Origin: an uncultured bacterium
GTDB lineage: Bacteria; Chlamydiota; Chlamydiia; Chlamydiales; VFKH01
Direction of reading: 5' to 3'
Assembly (NCBI GenBank): GCA_964630595.1
Contig: CAZVVT010000001.1
Span: 399,383-463,382 of the forward strand
Length of the DNA: 64,000 nt
A program made the translations under genes and the position numbers. The first letter of the stretch is position 1; every line of letters starts with the position of its first letter. Below the pieces are notes generated by a model. It was not told the origin of the DNA and did no database searches. It saw nothing but the letters and a program-made list of their open reading frames with translations. Positions 53,364 through 61,742 of the stretch are shown here, piece after piece.

Positions 53364-54830
53364 ATGCAACCGCATTTCAGCAAACTCCGCTCTTTCTTCT
53401 GGCCTGTTCATAGCCACGAACTGCGCAAGGTGCTGCCCATGCTGCTCATGTTCTTTTTTATCACCTTTAACTACACGATCCTACGTGACGCAAAAGACAC
53501 TCTTTTAATCACCGCTCCCGGATCGGGTGCTGAAGTGATCCCTTTCCTCAAGCTCTGGCTCGTTCTGCCTGCAGCTGTCCTCTTCATGCTGCTCTATGCC
53601 GAGATGAGCAACATCCTTTCCCGTCCGGCACTCTTTTATTCGACCCTCTTTCCCTTCCTGATCTTCTTCGGCATCTTCGGATTCGTCCTCTACCCTTTGC
53701 GCGACTCACTGCATCCTCATGAAAGTGGGCAGTGGCTCAGCTCCCTACTCCCCCAAGGACTCAGTGGTCTTGTGGCCATCTGGCGCAACTGGAGCTTTGC
53801 TCTCTTCTACGTCTTTGCCGAGCTCTGGGGCTCCGTCATGCTCTCGCTCGTCTTCTGGGGTTTTGCCAACCAGATCACAAAAGTAGGTGAAGCCAAGCGG
53901 TTCTATAACTTCTTCGGCCTCGGCGGCAACATCGCCCCCGCCTTTGCCGGTCCGCTCACGGTCTTTCTCTCTAACTTAAGCCCCAGCATGTCCACAGGCT
54001 ACGGCACCACCATTCGCTTTATCTGCGGCACCTCCATCATCGTCGGTCTCTGCATCGCAGGCTGCTACTGGTGGATGACGCGCAACGTACTCACCGACCC
54101 CCTGCTCTACAAAGAAAACCCCCACAAACCGAACAAACCCAAACTGGGACTCAAAGAAAGTTTCCGCGTCCTGTCCCGCTCTAAGTACTTGGGCTGCATC
54201 GCCATCCTCGTGATCACTTACGGCATTGCAATGAACCTGATTGAGGTGAACTGGAAGAGCCAGGTGCGCATGCAGTACCCCGACGCCAACGACTACGCGC
54301 GCTTCATGGGCCACTTTTCGACCTGGACGGGCATTGCCTCTTTCATCATGGTCTTCTTAGTTGGCGGTAACGTCATCCGCCGCTTCGGCTGGGACACCGC
54401 TGCCCTCGTCACCCCCATTGTACTTCTCGTCACCAGTATCTGTTTTTTCGCCTTCGTTCTCTTCCAAAACGAGCTGACCTCACTCACCCTTCTCTTCGGC
54501 ACCTCGCCCCTGATGCTGGCGGTCATCTTCGGCGCCATCCAAAACATCATGAGCAAGTCGACCAAGTACTCCCTCTTTGACCCCACCAAAGAGATGGCCT
54601 ACATTCCGCTCGATGAGGAGTCCAAAGTAAAAGGTAAAGCCGCCATTGACGTGGTTGGCAGCCGCTTCGGCAAATCGGGTGGCGCCTTCATCCAGCAAGG
54701 GCTCCTGCTCGGCTTCGGCACTGTCACCGCCATCACTCCGTACGTTGCTTCCACCATGTTCTTCGTCATCGCCGCCTGGGTCTTCGCCGCCCGCTCCCTC
54801 GGCCGTCAATTCGCTAGCAAAACAACGTAA
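53364..54830 (+). CDS. Nucleotide transporter, NTT/Tlc family, copy 2 (tandem paralog)
   Basis: 488-aa ORF collinear with copy 1 (FNYTILRDAKDTLLITAPGSGAEVIPFLKLW, VFWGFANQIT, KYSLFDPTKEMAYIPLDEE). About two thirds of residues are identical over the stretches I aligned by eye. Confidence 0.9.
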   Translation: MQPHFSKLRSFFWPVHSHELRKVLPMLLMFFFITFNYTILRDAKDTLLITAPGSGAEVIPFLKLWLVLPAAVLFMLLYAEMSNILSRPALFYSTLFPFLIFFGIFGFVLYPLRDSLHPHESGQWLSSLLPQGLSGLVAIWRNWSFALFYVFAELWGSVMLSLVFWGFANQITKVGEAKRFYNFFGLGGNIAPAFAGPLTVFLSNLSPSMSTGYGTTIRFICGTSIIVGLCIAGCYWWMTRNVLTDPLLYKENPHKPNKPKLGLKESFRVLSRSKYLGCIAILVITYGIAMNLIEVNWKSQVRMQYPDANDYARFMGHFSTWTGIASFIMVFLVGGNVIRRFGWDTAALVTPIVLLVTSICFFAFVLFQNELTSLTLLFGTSPLMLAVIFGAIQNIMSKSTKYSLFDPTKEMAYIPLDEESKVKGKAAIDVVGSRFGKSGGAFIQQGLLLGFGTVTAITPYVASTMFFVIAAWVFAARSLGRQFASKTT

Positions 54831-54851
54831 AGTCCTGCTAGAACCACCCCT

Positions 54852-55418
54852 ATGGCAGCCGTAGGTCCCAAACCACCCTCTGATGAAGAAAAGCCCGCTA
54901 TTCGCTATGAAACACCTCTTACCGACGAGGCTGTGAGAGTAGCGCAAGCCGCCATTCCTGCCATTCACGCTTCTGTGAGCTGGACTCGTTATGATGCCAC
55001 CATACGTGGCGCACTCTCCTATGAGCCTGAATCATTTATTATTGCCAAAGAAGAGGGACGCACGATCGGGTATATTCTATCCCAGAATAGAGGCCGAACT
55101 TGGACAGTAGAGTATATTGCTGTAACCGCTGAAAAGGCCACTCGTGGAGTGGGAAGCGAACTTATGCTGCGTACCATGAAAAAGGCGAAGAAGGCGGGTG
55201 CCTTAGTTGTCGTCGCCCACTTCCGCGGCAACAAGCCCAACCTTCAGAAGTTCTACGGAAGTCTGGGAGACAAAGCGCGCGCCCGTCATCTCGTCATTTC
55301 CACCACCATTGAAGACACGGGGACTACTTACCAAAATGACGATCCACGGCACGAAGTGCGCTACACCATCGACCCGTCAGAGGAACCTCCACCAGAGGAA
55401 GGTAAAGCCTCTAAGTGA
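54852..55418 (+). CDS. GNAT-family N-acetyltransferase (probable)
   Basis: 188-aa ORF. The segment VEYIAVTAEKATRGVGSELMLRTMKKAKKAGALVV resembles the GNAT motif A (Q/RxxGxG/A) acetyl-CoA loop and is followed by NLQKFYGSLG. Confidence 0.55.
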   Translation: MAAVGPKPPSDEEKPAIRYETPLTDEAVRVAQAAIPAIHASVSWTRYDATIRGALSYEPESFIIAKEEGRTIGYILSQNRGRTWTVEYIAVTAEKATRGVGSELMLRTMKKAKKAGALVVVAHFRGNKPNLQKFYGSLGDKARARHLVISTTIEDTGTTYQNDDPRHEVRYTIDPSEEPPPEEGKASK

Positions 55419-56212
55419 TCTTTGAAGCGCACATCCACGAAAAGCTTTGCGGCAGTTCGCCATAAAACCGTGGAAAAGTCTTCGGAGGCTGTATATCCCA
55501 TCACAAGATCACCAGTCAGACCCGCATCACAGTGGATCGCGCCCTTTCCCGTATAGACAGCTAAACCGTCGGGAATGCGAAACCCCGTCATAGAGAGTCG
55601 AGTTCCCTTCTTGTTCCATCTAGCAAGTAGATAGCAACCGCCCCCTTTTACCGATTGGTGATAGTGCGGTTGGTCATGATGGTACTCTAGATACATCTTC
55701 CCATCTTTCGACATAGCGGGGAAATAGTCTTCGCCCACAGACATCCTCCATAGAGGAAAAAGAGGGGTTGGAAAACGCACCACCTCACCTTTACGAATGA
55801 GCTTCGCACCATAATAGGCAAGTGACGACTCCGTCGCTTCTATACAAGGAATATCCACCGACTCTCTAGACAACTGCAAACAGCCATTGCCTCCTAAAGC
55901 ATTATCACCTGCTCCAGAAGAAATGATTGTCTTATCCCACACAGCAGCAACTTTGCACCGTATGGGTTTCTCTATCTCTTTAGAATCCCGGATCGCCTCT
56001 TCAAGATCTACTCCAGCAAGCGCTGAAGGCACCAGGCGATGGCCATCGAATTGATAGGCAATATCTCCTCGAATAACACTCTCCAAGTCCAGCGTCTTCA
56101 TGTGCTGCCCCGGCTCTCCTCGATCCACAAACATCGAAGCCACCAGACTTGGTGAATAACTCGGTAGAGCTTCACAAGCTCTTTGGATCGGACTCAGTGT
56201 GCATGCTGCCAT
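55361..56212 (-). CDS. Hypothetical protein (283 aa)
   Basis: ORF lying 46 bp downstream of the M56 protease gene on the same strand. No recognisable family. The His-rich patch is YLEYHHDQPHYHQ. The 3' end overlaps the convergent GNAT gene by 58 nt. Confidence 0.55.
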   Translation of the reverse strand: MAACTLSPIQRACEALPSYSPSLVASMFVDRGEPGQHMKTLDLESVIRGDIAYQFDGHRLVPSALAGVDLEEAIRDSKEIEKPIRCKVAAVWDKTIISSGAGDNALGGNGCLQLSRESVDIPCIEATESSLAYYGAKLIRKGEVVRFPTPLFPLWRMSVGEDYFPAMSKDGKMYLEYHHDQPHYHQSVKGGGCYLLARWNKKGTRLSMTGFRIPDGLAVYTGKGAIHCDAGLTGDLVMGYTASEDFSTVLWRTAAKLFVDVRFKDHLEALPSSGGGSSDGSMV

Positions 56213-56258
56213 ATACTTCTCCTTTACTACACTTGTAGTATTTAAAAATAAAAAAACT

Positions 56259-57257
56259 CTAACAAACCCAAAACACCACCAGCGCCAATGAACTGATGAT
56301 CGCTCCGATCACCGCAGTTAGCGTCAACTTCATCGAGTCGTCACGCAACAGAATCGCAAAGCGTTTCACTAAAAAGTGATTGCGCGTTGCAAGATGACAG
56401 AAAGCTTCCTCTTCTTGGTGCGGCTGCTGCACCATTTTCAGGATTGCAGAGGCCAGTGCGTGATGATCCAAAACTTCTGCATCAGAAGCTAGCTCCTGCT
56501 CCCCTTCTAATCGGTCAAGCCACCACTTCGTAGGAATCCACCAAAAAACACTTGTGATCACACGAGATAAAAGCTTGGCTAAAGGGTCCTTCCAGCGCAC
56601 GTGAGCCAATTCATGACCAATCACTGCTTCCAGCTCTTCTTGCGATAGATGCTTGAGCGCTGTTTCCGAGAGTACAATTTTCCGCTCGCGAGTGGCGAAA
56701 GGCATTTGTGTCTTGTTTGAAACGAGCACTTTTACGCGGGATACATCGATCTGCTGCCATAATTTCCCACTCACCATTCCCTGAGCGATCGGTGTTGCCG
56801 TCAAACAAATGGTATTCAGCTGTTTGATCGCCCAGAAACAGTTGAGAAGTCTTTTCGTTAAAAGAGCTGCCGATACCACTGCGACAATCCCCACAATGGC
56901 TTGCAGCAGTCCCTCCGATATATGATGCGATAAAACGCTCGCCAAAGGAGCTCTCGCATTCACGACAATGCCTTCTGTTATCGATAGTGGAAGAGCTTTC
57001 ACAATGGCTTCCTCAATCAAAAACTGACAACTGAAGGGGTTGAAGTTTGTGAAAAAATTCCAGTTAGAGAATTTGTACAAAAGCAGATCGAGCGGAAGCT
57101 TCATGATGGGCAAGAGACGGCAGAGCACTCTCAATCGCGGATTTTTGACACGAAAAAGACTCAGCCCGCCCTCAATCAACAGTGCCGTAACACTGAAGAC
57201 TAAGAGACTGCTTACAAAGAAGTGCGAGATCTGTAGAAACGTACTGCTTGCGCTCAT
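56259..57257 (-). CDS. M56-family (BlaR1/MecR1-like) membrane zinc metalloprotease lacking a C-terminal sensor domain
   Basis: 332-aa ORF with N-terminal TM segments and the HExxH motif in LEAVIGHELAHVRWKDP. It ends after one more TM, with no transpeptidase-like sensor. Its start overlaps the upstream repressor stop (ATGA). Confidence 0.8.
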   Translation of the reverse strand: MSASSTFLQISHFFVSSLLVFSVTALLIEGGLSLFRVKNPRLRVLCRLLPIMKLPLDLLLYKFSNWNFFTNFNPFSCQFLIEEAIVKALPLSITEGIVVNARAPLASVLSHHISEGLLQAIVGIVAVVSAALLTKRLLNCFWAIKQLNTICLTATPIAQGMVSGKLWQQIDVSRVKVLVSNKTQMPFATRERKIVLSETALKHLSQEELEAVIGHELAHVRWKDPLAKLLSRVITSVFWWIPTKWWLDRLEGEQELASDAEVLDHHALASAILKMVQQPHQEEEAFCHLATRNHFLVKRFAILLRDDSMKLTLTAVIGAIISSLALVVFWVC

Positions 57258-57637
57258 CCTCTATCCTTTCGCTTCTGTTTTGCCTCTGCAATCATCTTCT
57301 GCATTTGGTCGAGCTCTTCCTCGGTCAACTCATCTGCTCCATCGAGAAGACAGCTCACTACTTCTGCGGGTTTGAACCCAAACAGCTTCTTTTTTAAAAC
57401 CTTGATGAAGGAGGGGAAGGTGCCCTCAGATTGCACAATCCAATAGGTGCATCTAAGGCCATTGCGCTCTCGTGCGAGCTCTTTCTTCTGCACAAGACGA
57501 TTCATGACCGTTAAAATGGTGGTGTACTTATCTTTGCCACCCAGAGCACGATGCATATCCATGACGGTCCATTTTTTGCCGTCAGAAAGCATCTTCAGTA
57601 CACTCAGTTCTAACTCACCAAAACCGCGTTTCACCAT
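57254..57637 (-). CDS. BlaI/MecI/CopY-family winged-helix repressor
   Basis: 127-aa ORF. The segment ELELSVLKMLSDGKKWTVMDMHRALGGKDKYTTILTVMNRLVQKKELARERNG..YWIV matches the Penicillinase_R fold pattern. Confidence 0.82.
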   Translation of the reverse strand: MVKRGFGELELSVLKMLSDGKKWTVMDMHRALGGKDKYTTILTVMNRLVQKKELARERNGLRCTYWIVQSEGTFPSFIKVLKKKLFGFKPAEVVSCLLDGADELTEEELDQMQKMIAEAKQKRKDRG

Positions 57638-57666
57638 ATCCCTCTCACTTGATTAGGGAACGATTG

Positions 57667-57682
57667 TACTACAGTTGTAGTA
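57667..57682. promoter_or_regulatory. BlaI/CopY-type operator palindrome TACTACA-GT-TGTAGTA (contains TACAnnTGTA)
   Basis: Perfect 7-bp inverted repeat with a 2-bp spacer, 30-45 bp upstream of the repressor start. It contains the TACAnnTGTA core known for CopY/BlaI/MecI boxes. No U-run follows on either strand. Confidence 0.7.
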
Positions 57683-57708
57683 AATTGGCAAGTTTTATAC
57701 GTATTTGC

Positions 57709-59508
57709 TTAAGCTTTAAGGACTTCCATAAAGGCGCTCTGAGGGATATTCACCTTGCCGATCTCCTTCATGCGCTTCTTGCCCTCTTTCTGCTTCTCCC
57801 AAAGCTTGCGCTTGCGGGAGATGTCGCCGCCGTAGCACTTAGCGGTGACGTTTTTGCCCATCGCTTTGATGGTTTCGCGGGCAATGATTTTGCCTCCGAT
57901 GGCTGCCTGCACGGGCACTTTGAAGAGCTGCGGGGGGATGACCTCAATGAGTTTTTCGCAGATGGCGCGGCCTTTGTATTCCGCTTTGCTGCGGTGCACA
58001 AGACAGGAGAAGGCGTCAACGGGCTCTTCGTTCACGCGGATTTCCAATTTGACAATGTCGCTTTTGGCGTAGTCGCTCACTTCGTAGTCGAAAGAACCGT
58101 AGCCTTTGGAAAGAGATTTGAGGCGGTCGTTGAAGTCAGTGACGATTTCGTTTAAGGGAAAGCGGTAGGTCAATAGCAGCCTGGTTCCATCAATCGAGTC
58201 GGTCTTTTCGGGGATGCCGCGCTTTTCAGTAGCAAGGCTCATCAGCGCGCCCAGGTACTCCTGAGGTAGCATGATGCGGCAGGTCACCCAGGGCTCTTCG
58301 ACAAAGTCGATGTGAGTGGGATCGGGGTAGTGCGCCACGTTGTCGATCTCAATCATCTCGCCACTATGCGTATGAAAGCGGTAGACCACACTCGGTGCTG
58401 TCGTGATGATGTCGAGGTTGAATTCCCTCTGTAGGCGCTCAAAGACAATCTCTAAATGAAGCAGTCCCAAAAAGCCGCAGCGGAAGCCAAAGCCAAGAGC
58501 TTGGCTGCTCTCCTGTTCGACGTGCAGCGCCGAATCATTGAGCTGCAGTTTTGCCAAGCCATCGCGCAACGCTTCAAAATCGCTGGAGTCGACGGGATAG
58601 ATCCCTGCAAAAACCACCGGCTTAATCAACTTGAATCCGGGAAGCGCTTCAGGGCAGGGGTATTTTGAATTCGTCAGCGTATCCCCGATCTTCACATCAC
58701 GCGTCTCTTTGATGTTGGCAATGACATAGCCCACTTCGCCCGGACCGAGCGCCGCCTGCGGCTTAATGCCGGGGCAGAAAGCGCCTACTTCCAGCACCTC
58801 AAAGCGCTGGTCGGAGAGCATCAGCAAAATCGGCGTACCTTTCTTCAGCTCTCCCGAAATGATTCGCACATAGAGCATCACCCCGCGGTAGGGGTCGTAA
58901 TGAGAGTCAAAAACCAGCGCCCGCAGTAGGCCATCTTCGGGCACCTTCGGCGGCGGTACGAGAATCAAGACGCGCTCGAGCACATCGGCAATACCGATGC
59001 CACTCTTCGCCGAACAAAGGGCGGCATTGCTGGTGTCCAGACCAATGACGTCTTGAATCTGACGCTTGACGCTCTCTACGTCTGCCGAAGGCAGGTCAAT
59101 CTTGTTGATGACGGGAATTACTTCGAGATTTCTCTCCAACGCCAGCCAGACGTTGGCCAAACTCTGCGCCTGCACCCCTTGCACCGCATCAACCACCAAC
59201 AACGCCCCCTCACAAGCCGACAGCGACCGCGACACTTCGTAGGTAAAGTCCACGTGCCCGGGAGTGTCAATCAAGTTGAGCTGCCACTTGATGCCCTCCT
59301 TATCGGTGAAGTTCATCGTCACCGGATGGGCTTTAATCGTAATGCCCCGCTCCCTCTCCAAATCCATCGCATCCAGCACCTGCTCCTGCATGAGCCGCTT
59401 TTCAATGGTATGCGTCAACTCCAGCAATCGGTCGGCGAGGGTGGACTTGCCATGGTCGATGTGGGCAATGATCGAAAAGTTACGGATGTACTTAGGGTCG
59501 TGAGGCAT
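57709..59508 (-). CDS. lepA: Translation elongation factor 4 (LepA)
   Basis: 599-aa ORF with [30 protein letters not shown] and NKIDL, plus the LepA-specific C-terminal domain. Confidence 0.95.
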   Translation of the reverse strand: MPHDPKYIRNFSIIAHIDHGKSTLADRLLELTHTIEKRLMQEQVLDAMDLERERGITIKAHPVTMNFTDKEGIKWQLNLIDTPGHVDFTYEVSRSLSACEGALLVVDAVQGVQAQSLANVWLALERNLEVIPVINKIDLPSADVESVKRQIQDVIGLDTSNAALCSAKSGIGIADVLERVLILVPPPKVPEDGLLRALVFDSHYDPYRGVMLYVRIISGELKKGTPILLMLSDQRFEVLEVGAFCPGIKPQAALGPGEVGYVIANIKETRDVKIGDTLTNSKYPCPEALPGFKLIKPVVFAGIYPVDSSDFEALRDGLAKLQLNDSALHVEQESSQALGFGFRCGFLGLLHLEIVFERLQREFNLDIITTAPSVVYRFHTHSGEMIEIDNVAHYPDPTHIDFVEEPWVTCRIMLPQEYLGALMSLATEKRGIPEKTDSIDGTRLLLTYRFPLNEIVTDFNDRLKSLSKGYGSFDYEVSDYAKSDIVKLEIRVNEEPVDAFSCLVHRSKAEYKGRAICEKLIEVIPPQLFKVPVQAAIGGKIIARETIKAMGKNVTAKCYGGDISRKRKLWEKQKEGKKRMKEIGKVNIPQSAFMEVLKA

Positions 59509-59540
59509 AAAAGGGGCCTACATTATACCCATTCGACCCT

Positions 59541-60992
59541 TTAAACATTATAAGAACTGGAACTCACCGCCCCGCCCGTGCCCGTCCAATTGGTGTGGAA
59601 GAACTTGCCGCGCGGCTGGTCGATTCGCTCGTAGGTGTGCGCCCCGAAGAAGTCGCGCTGCGCCTGAATGAGATTGGCAGGCAAAAGAGGGCTTCGAATG
59701 CCGTCGAAGAAGGCCAGGGCCGTGGCAAAGCAAGGAACGGGAATCGCCTCCTGCACTGCAAAAGCCACCGCTTTTCTCCACCCCTCTTGACACTTGAGCA
59801 CCTCGTTTTTGAAGTAGTCATCCAATAAGAGATTTTCTAGCGTCGCACTCTTGTCAAAAGCCTTTTTGATTTCGCCCAGGAAGCGGCTGCGGATGATGCA
59901 TCCACCGCGCCACATCAGGGCAATATTGCCAAAGCTCAGCTTCCAGTTGTAGTCGCGTGCTGCCTGCAGCATCATCATGTACCCTTGCGTGTAACTGATG
60001 ATTTTGGAGGCATAGAGCGCTTGGCGAATGAACTCGATCATCTGCTTTTTATCGCCGGAGAAGAGCTTTGTTTTGGGCTCTCCCAATACTTTGGCCGCAC
60101 GTCCGCGTTCGTCCTTGAGCGCCGAGAGGCAGCGTGCAAAGACCGACTCCGCGATCAGCGTCACAGGAACGCCAATTTCCAGCGCGTTGATCCCCGTCCA
60201 CTTGCCCGTTCCCTTTTGCCCCGCAGCATCAACGATGTTGTCAATCAGGTACTTGCCATTTTCTTTATAGTGAAAAATCTTCGCCGTAATCTCAATCAGG
60301 TAGCTGTCGAGCTCCGTCTTGTTCCATTCTTCGAAGACCGCTGCAATCTCCTCGTTGGAAAGCCCAAGCGCCTTCTTCAACAGCCAGTAGCTTTCTCCAA
60401 TGAGCTGCATGTCGCCATACTCAATGCCGTTATGCACCATCTTCACATAGTGGCCCGCACCACCATCGCCTACCCAATCGCAGCAAGGGCTACCGCCATC
60501 GACTTTGGCCGAAACGCCCTGAAAAATATCCTTGATCAAAGGCCACGCCGCAGGATCGCCTCCCGGCATCAGCGAGGGACCATTGCGCGCCCCCTCTTCT
60601 CCGCCGGAAATGCCCGTGCCGATAAAGAGCATCCCCTTCGCTTTCAGTTCCAGGTAGCGACGGTTGGTGTCTTGGAAATTGCTGTTGCCCCCATCAATGA
60701 TCAAGTCGCCCTTTTCCATGAAGGGCAGACACTCTGCGATCAAATCATCCACTGCCTGGCCCGCTTTCACTAAAAACATCACCTTGCGCGGCCGCTTGAG
60801 CATGCCAAATAATTCTTTGAGGGTGTGGGCTCCCATCACCTTTGTGCCCTTGGCCGAGCCCGCCAGAAAGTCATCCACTTTAGAAACCGTACGGTTGAAC
60901 ACTGCCACCGTATAGCCATGGTCGTTCATGTTCAGAACCAAGTTCTGCCCCATTACAGCCAGTCCAATGAGTCCGATATCTGCTTGTGCCAT
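59541..60992 (-). CDS. gnd: 6-phosphogluconate dehydrogenase, decarboxylating
   Basis: 483-aa ORF with IGLIGLAVMGQNLVLN (Rossmann), GHYVKMVHNGIEYGDMQLI and RDFFGAHTYER. Confidence 0.95.
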   Translation of the reverse strand: MAQADIGLIGLAVMGQNLVLNMNDHGYTVAVFNRTVSKVDDFLAGSAKGTKVMGAHTLKELFGMLKRPRKVMFLVKAGQAVDDLIAECLPFMEKGDLIIDGGNSNFQDTNRRYLELKAKGMLFIGTGISGGEEGARNGPSLMPGGDPAAWPLIKDIFQGVSAKVDGGSPCCDWVGDGGAGHYVKMVHNGIEYGDMQLIGESYWLLKKALGLSNEEIAAVFEEWNKTELDSYLIEITAKIFHYKENGKYLIDNIVDAAGQKGTGKWTGINALEIGVPVTLIAESVFARCLSALKDERGRAAKVLGEPKTKLFSGDKKQMIEFIRQALYASKIISYTQGYMMMLQAARDYNWKLSFGNIALMWRGGCIIRSRFLGEIKKAFDKSATLENLLLDDYFKNEVLKCQEGWRKAVAFAVQEAIPVPCFATALAFFDGIRSPLLPANLIQAQRDFFGAHTYERIDQPRGKFFHTNWTGTGGAVSSSSYNV

Positions 60993-61024
60993 GTTCTTTC
61001 CGTGTGTTATTTTAATCTGTTTAT

Positions 61025-61097
61025 GTGCCCGTAGCTCAGTGGATAGAGCGGTCGCCTCCTAAGCGACAGGTCGCGCGTTCGACTCGCGCCGGGGACG
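61025..61097 (+). tRNA. tRNA-Arg (anticodon CCU)
   Basis: Hand-folded cloverleaf. The acceptor is GTGCCCG/CGGGGAC with one G3-G70 mismatch. The D-arm is GCTC-AGTGGATA-GAGC and the anticodon arm GTCGC-CTCCTAA-GCGAC (CCT). The variable loop is AGGTC, the T-arm GCGCG-TTCGACT-CGCGC and the discriminator G. CCA is not encoded. Confidence 0.8.
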
Positions 61098-61742
61098 ACA
61101 ATAGGCGTCCAGTATGTACTTGTCAATTCCGCGGGCCACGCCAAGAGCCAGTCGACTCAAGTAGTTTTTCTCCAAAATAGCCGCCTTTTCCTCCGGGTTG
61201 GTCAAAAACCCCCCCTCCACCAAAACAGCCGGCATATGAGTATTGCGAATCACCCGAAAGTTGGCCGATTTGACACCGCGCGATGTACGCCTTGTTAAAG
61301 AAATAATCTGATCTAAAATGGACTGCCCCAGCGCCTTCGAAGCCTCCATGCGCACCGGATTCTTCTCATCTTTAAAATAGAATACTTCGATGCCCTTGGC
61401 TTTTTTTGACTCTGCCGCATTGAAATGCAGCGAAACGAAGAGATCTCCATCGAGATCATTCGCTATTGCTACTCTGCGATCTAGATCGACAAAGGTATCG
61501 GCACTGCGCGTCATGAGCACGCGATAGCCCATGGTGTGCAAGTAGTTGCGCAAGGTATAGGCCGTTGTCAGTGAAAGAGTCTTTTCATCAACATCATCCG
61601 GTTCTGGCGCCGCTCCCTCATCTGCACCACCATGACCTGCATCAATAACAATCAATGGACCGGTGGGTTGCATACGCGGTTGTGGCATTTGGCGAGAACA
61701 GCCCACCAACACAATAAAGAAAAGCACTAAGAGGCGAAGCAT
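61059..61742 (-). CDS. amiA: N-acetylmuramoyl-L-alanine amidase (Amidase_3; AmiA-like lipoprotein)
   Basis: 227-aa ORF with the lipobox LVGC. Matching segments are VIDAGHGG, SLHFNA and LVEGGFLTNPEE. The last 13 codons are antisense to the tRNA-Arg gene. Confidence 0.85.
   Translation of the reverse strand: MLRLLVLFFIVLVGCSRQMPQPRMQPTGPLIVIDAGHGGADEGAAPEPDDVDEKTLSLTTAYTLRNYLHTMGYRVLMTRSADTFVDLDRRVAIANDLDGDLFVSLHFNAAESKKAKGIEVFYFKDEKNPVRMEASKALGQSILDQIISLTRRTSRGVKSANFRVIRNTHMPAVLVEGGFLTNPEEKAAILEKNYLSRLALGVARGIDKYILDAYCRPRRESNARPVA

Noticed and set aside
59985-60773. 262-aa plus-strand ORF antisense to gnd, and similar long antisense ORFs at 7189-7908 (asnS), 13966-14613 (parC-like), 20179-20850 (rnz) and 25046-25675 (trhO)
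   Set aside because: In every case the opposite strand encodes a well-recognised conserved protein. These are compositional shadow ORFs.
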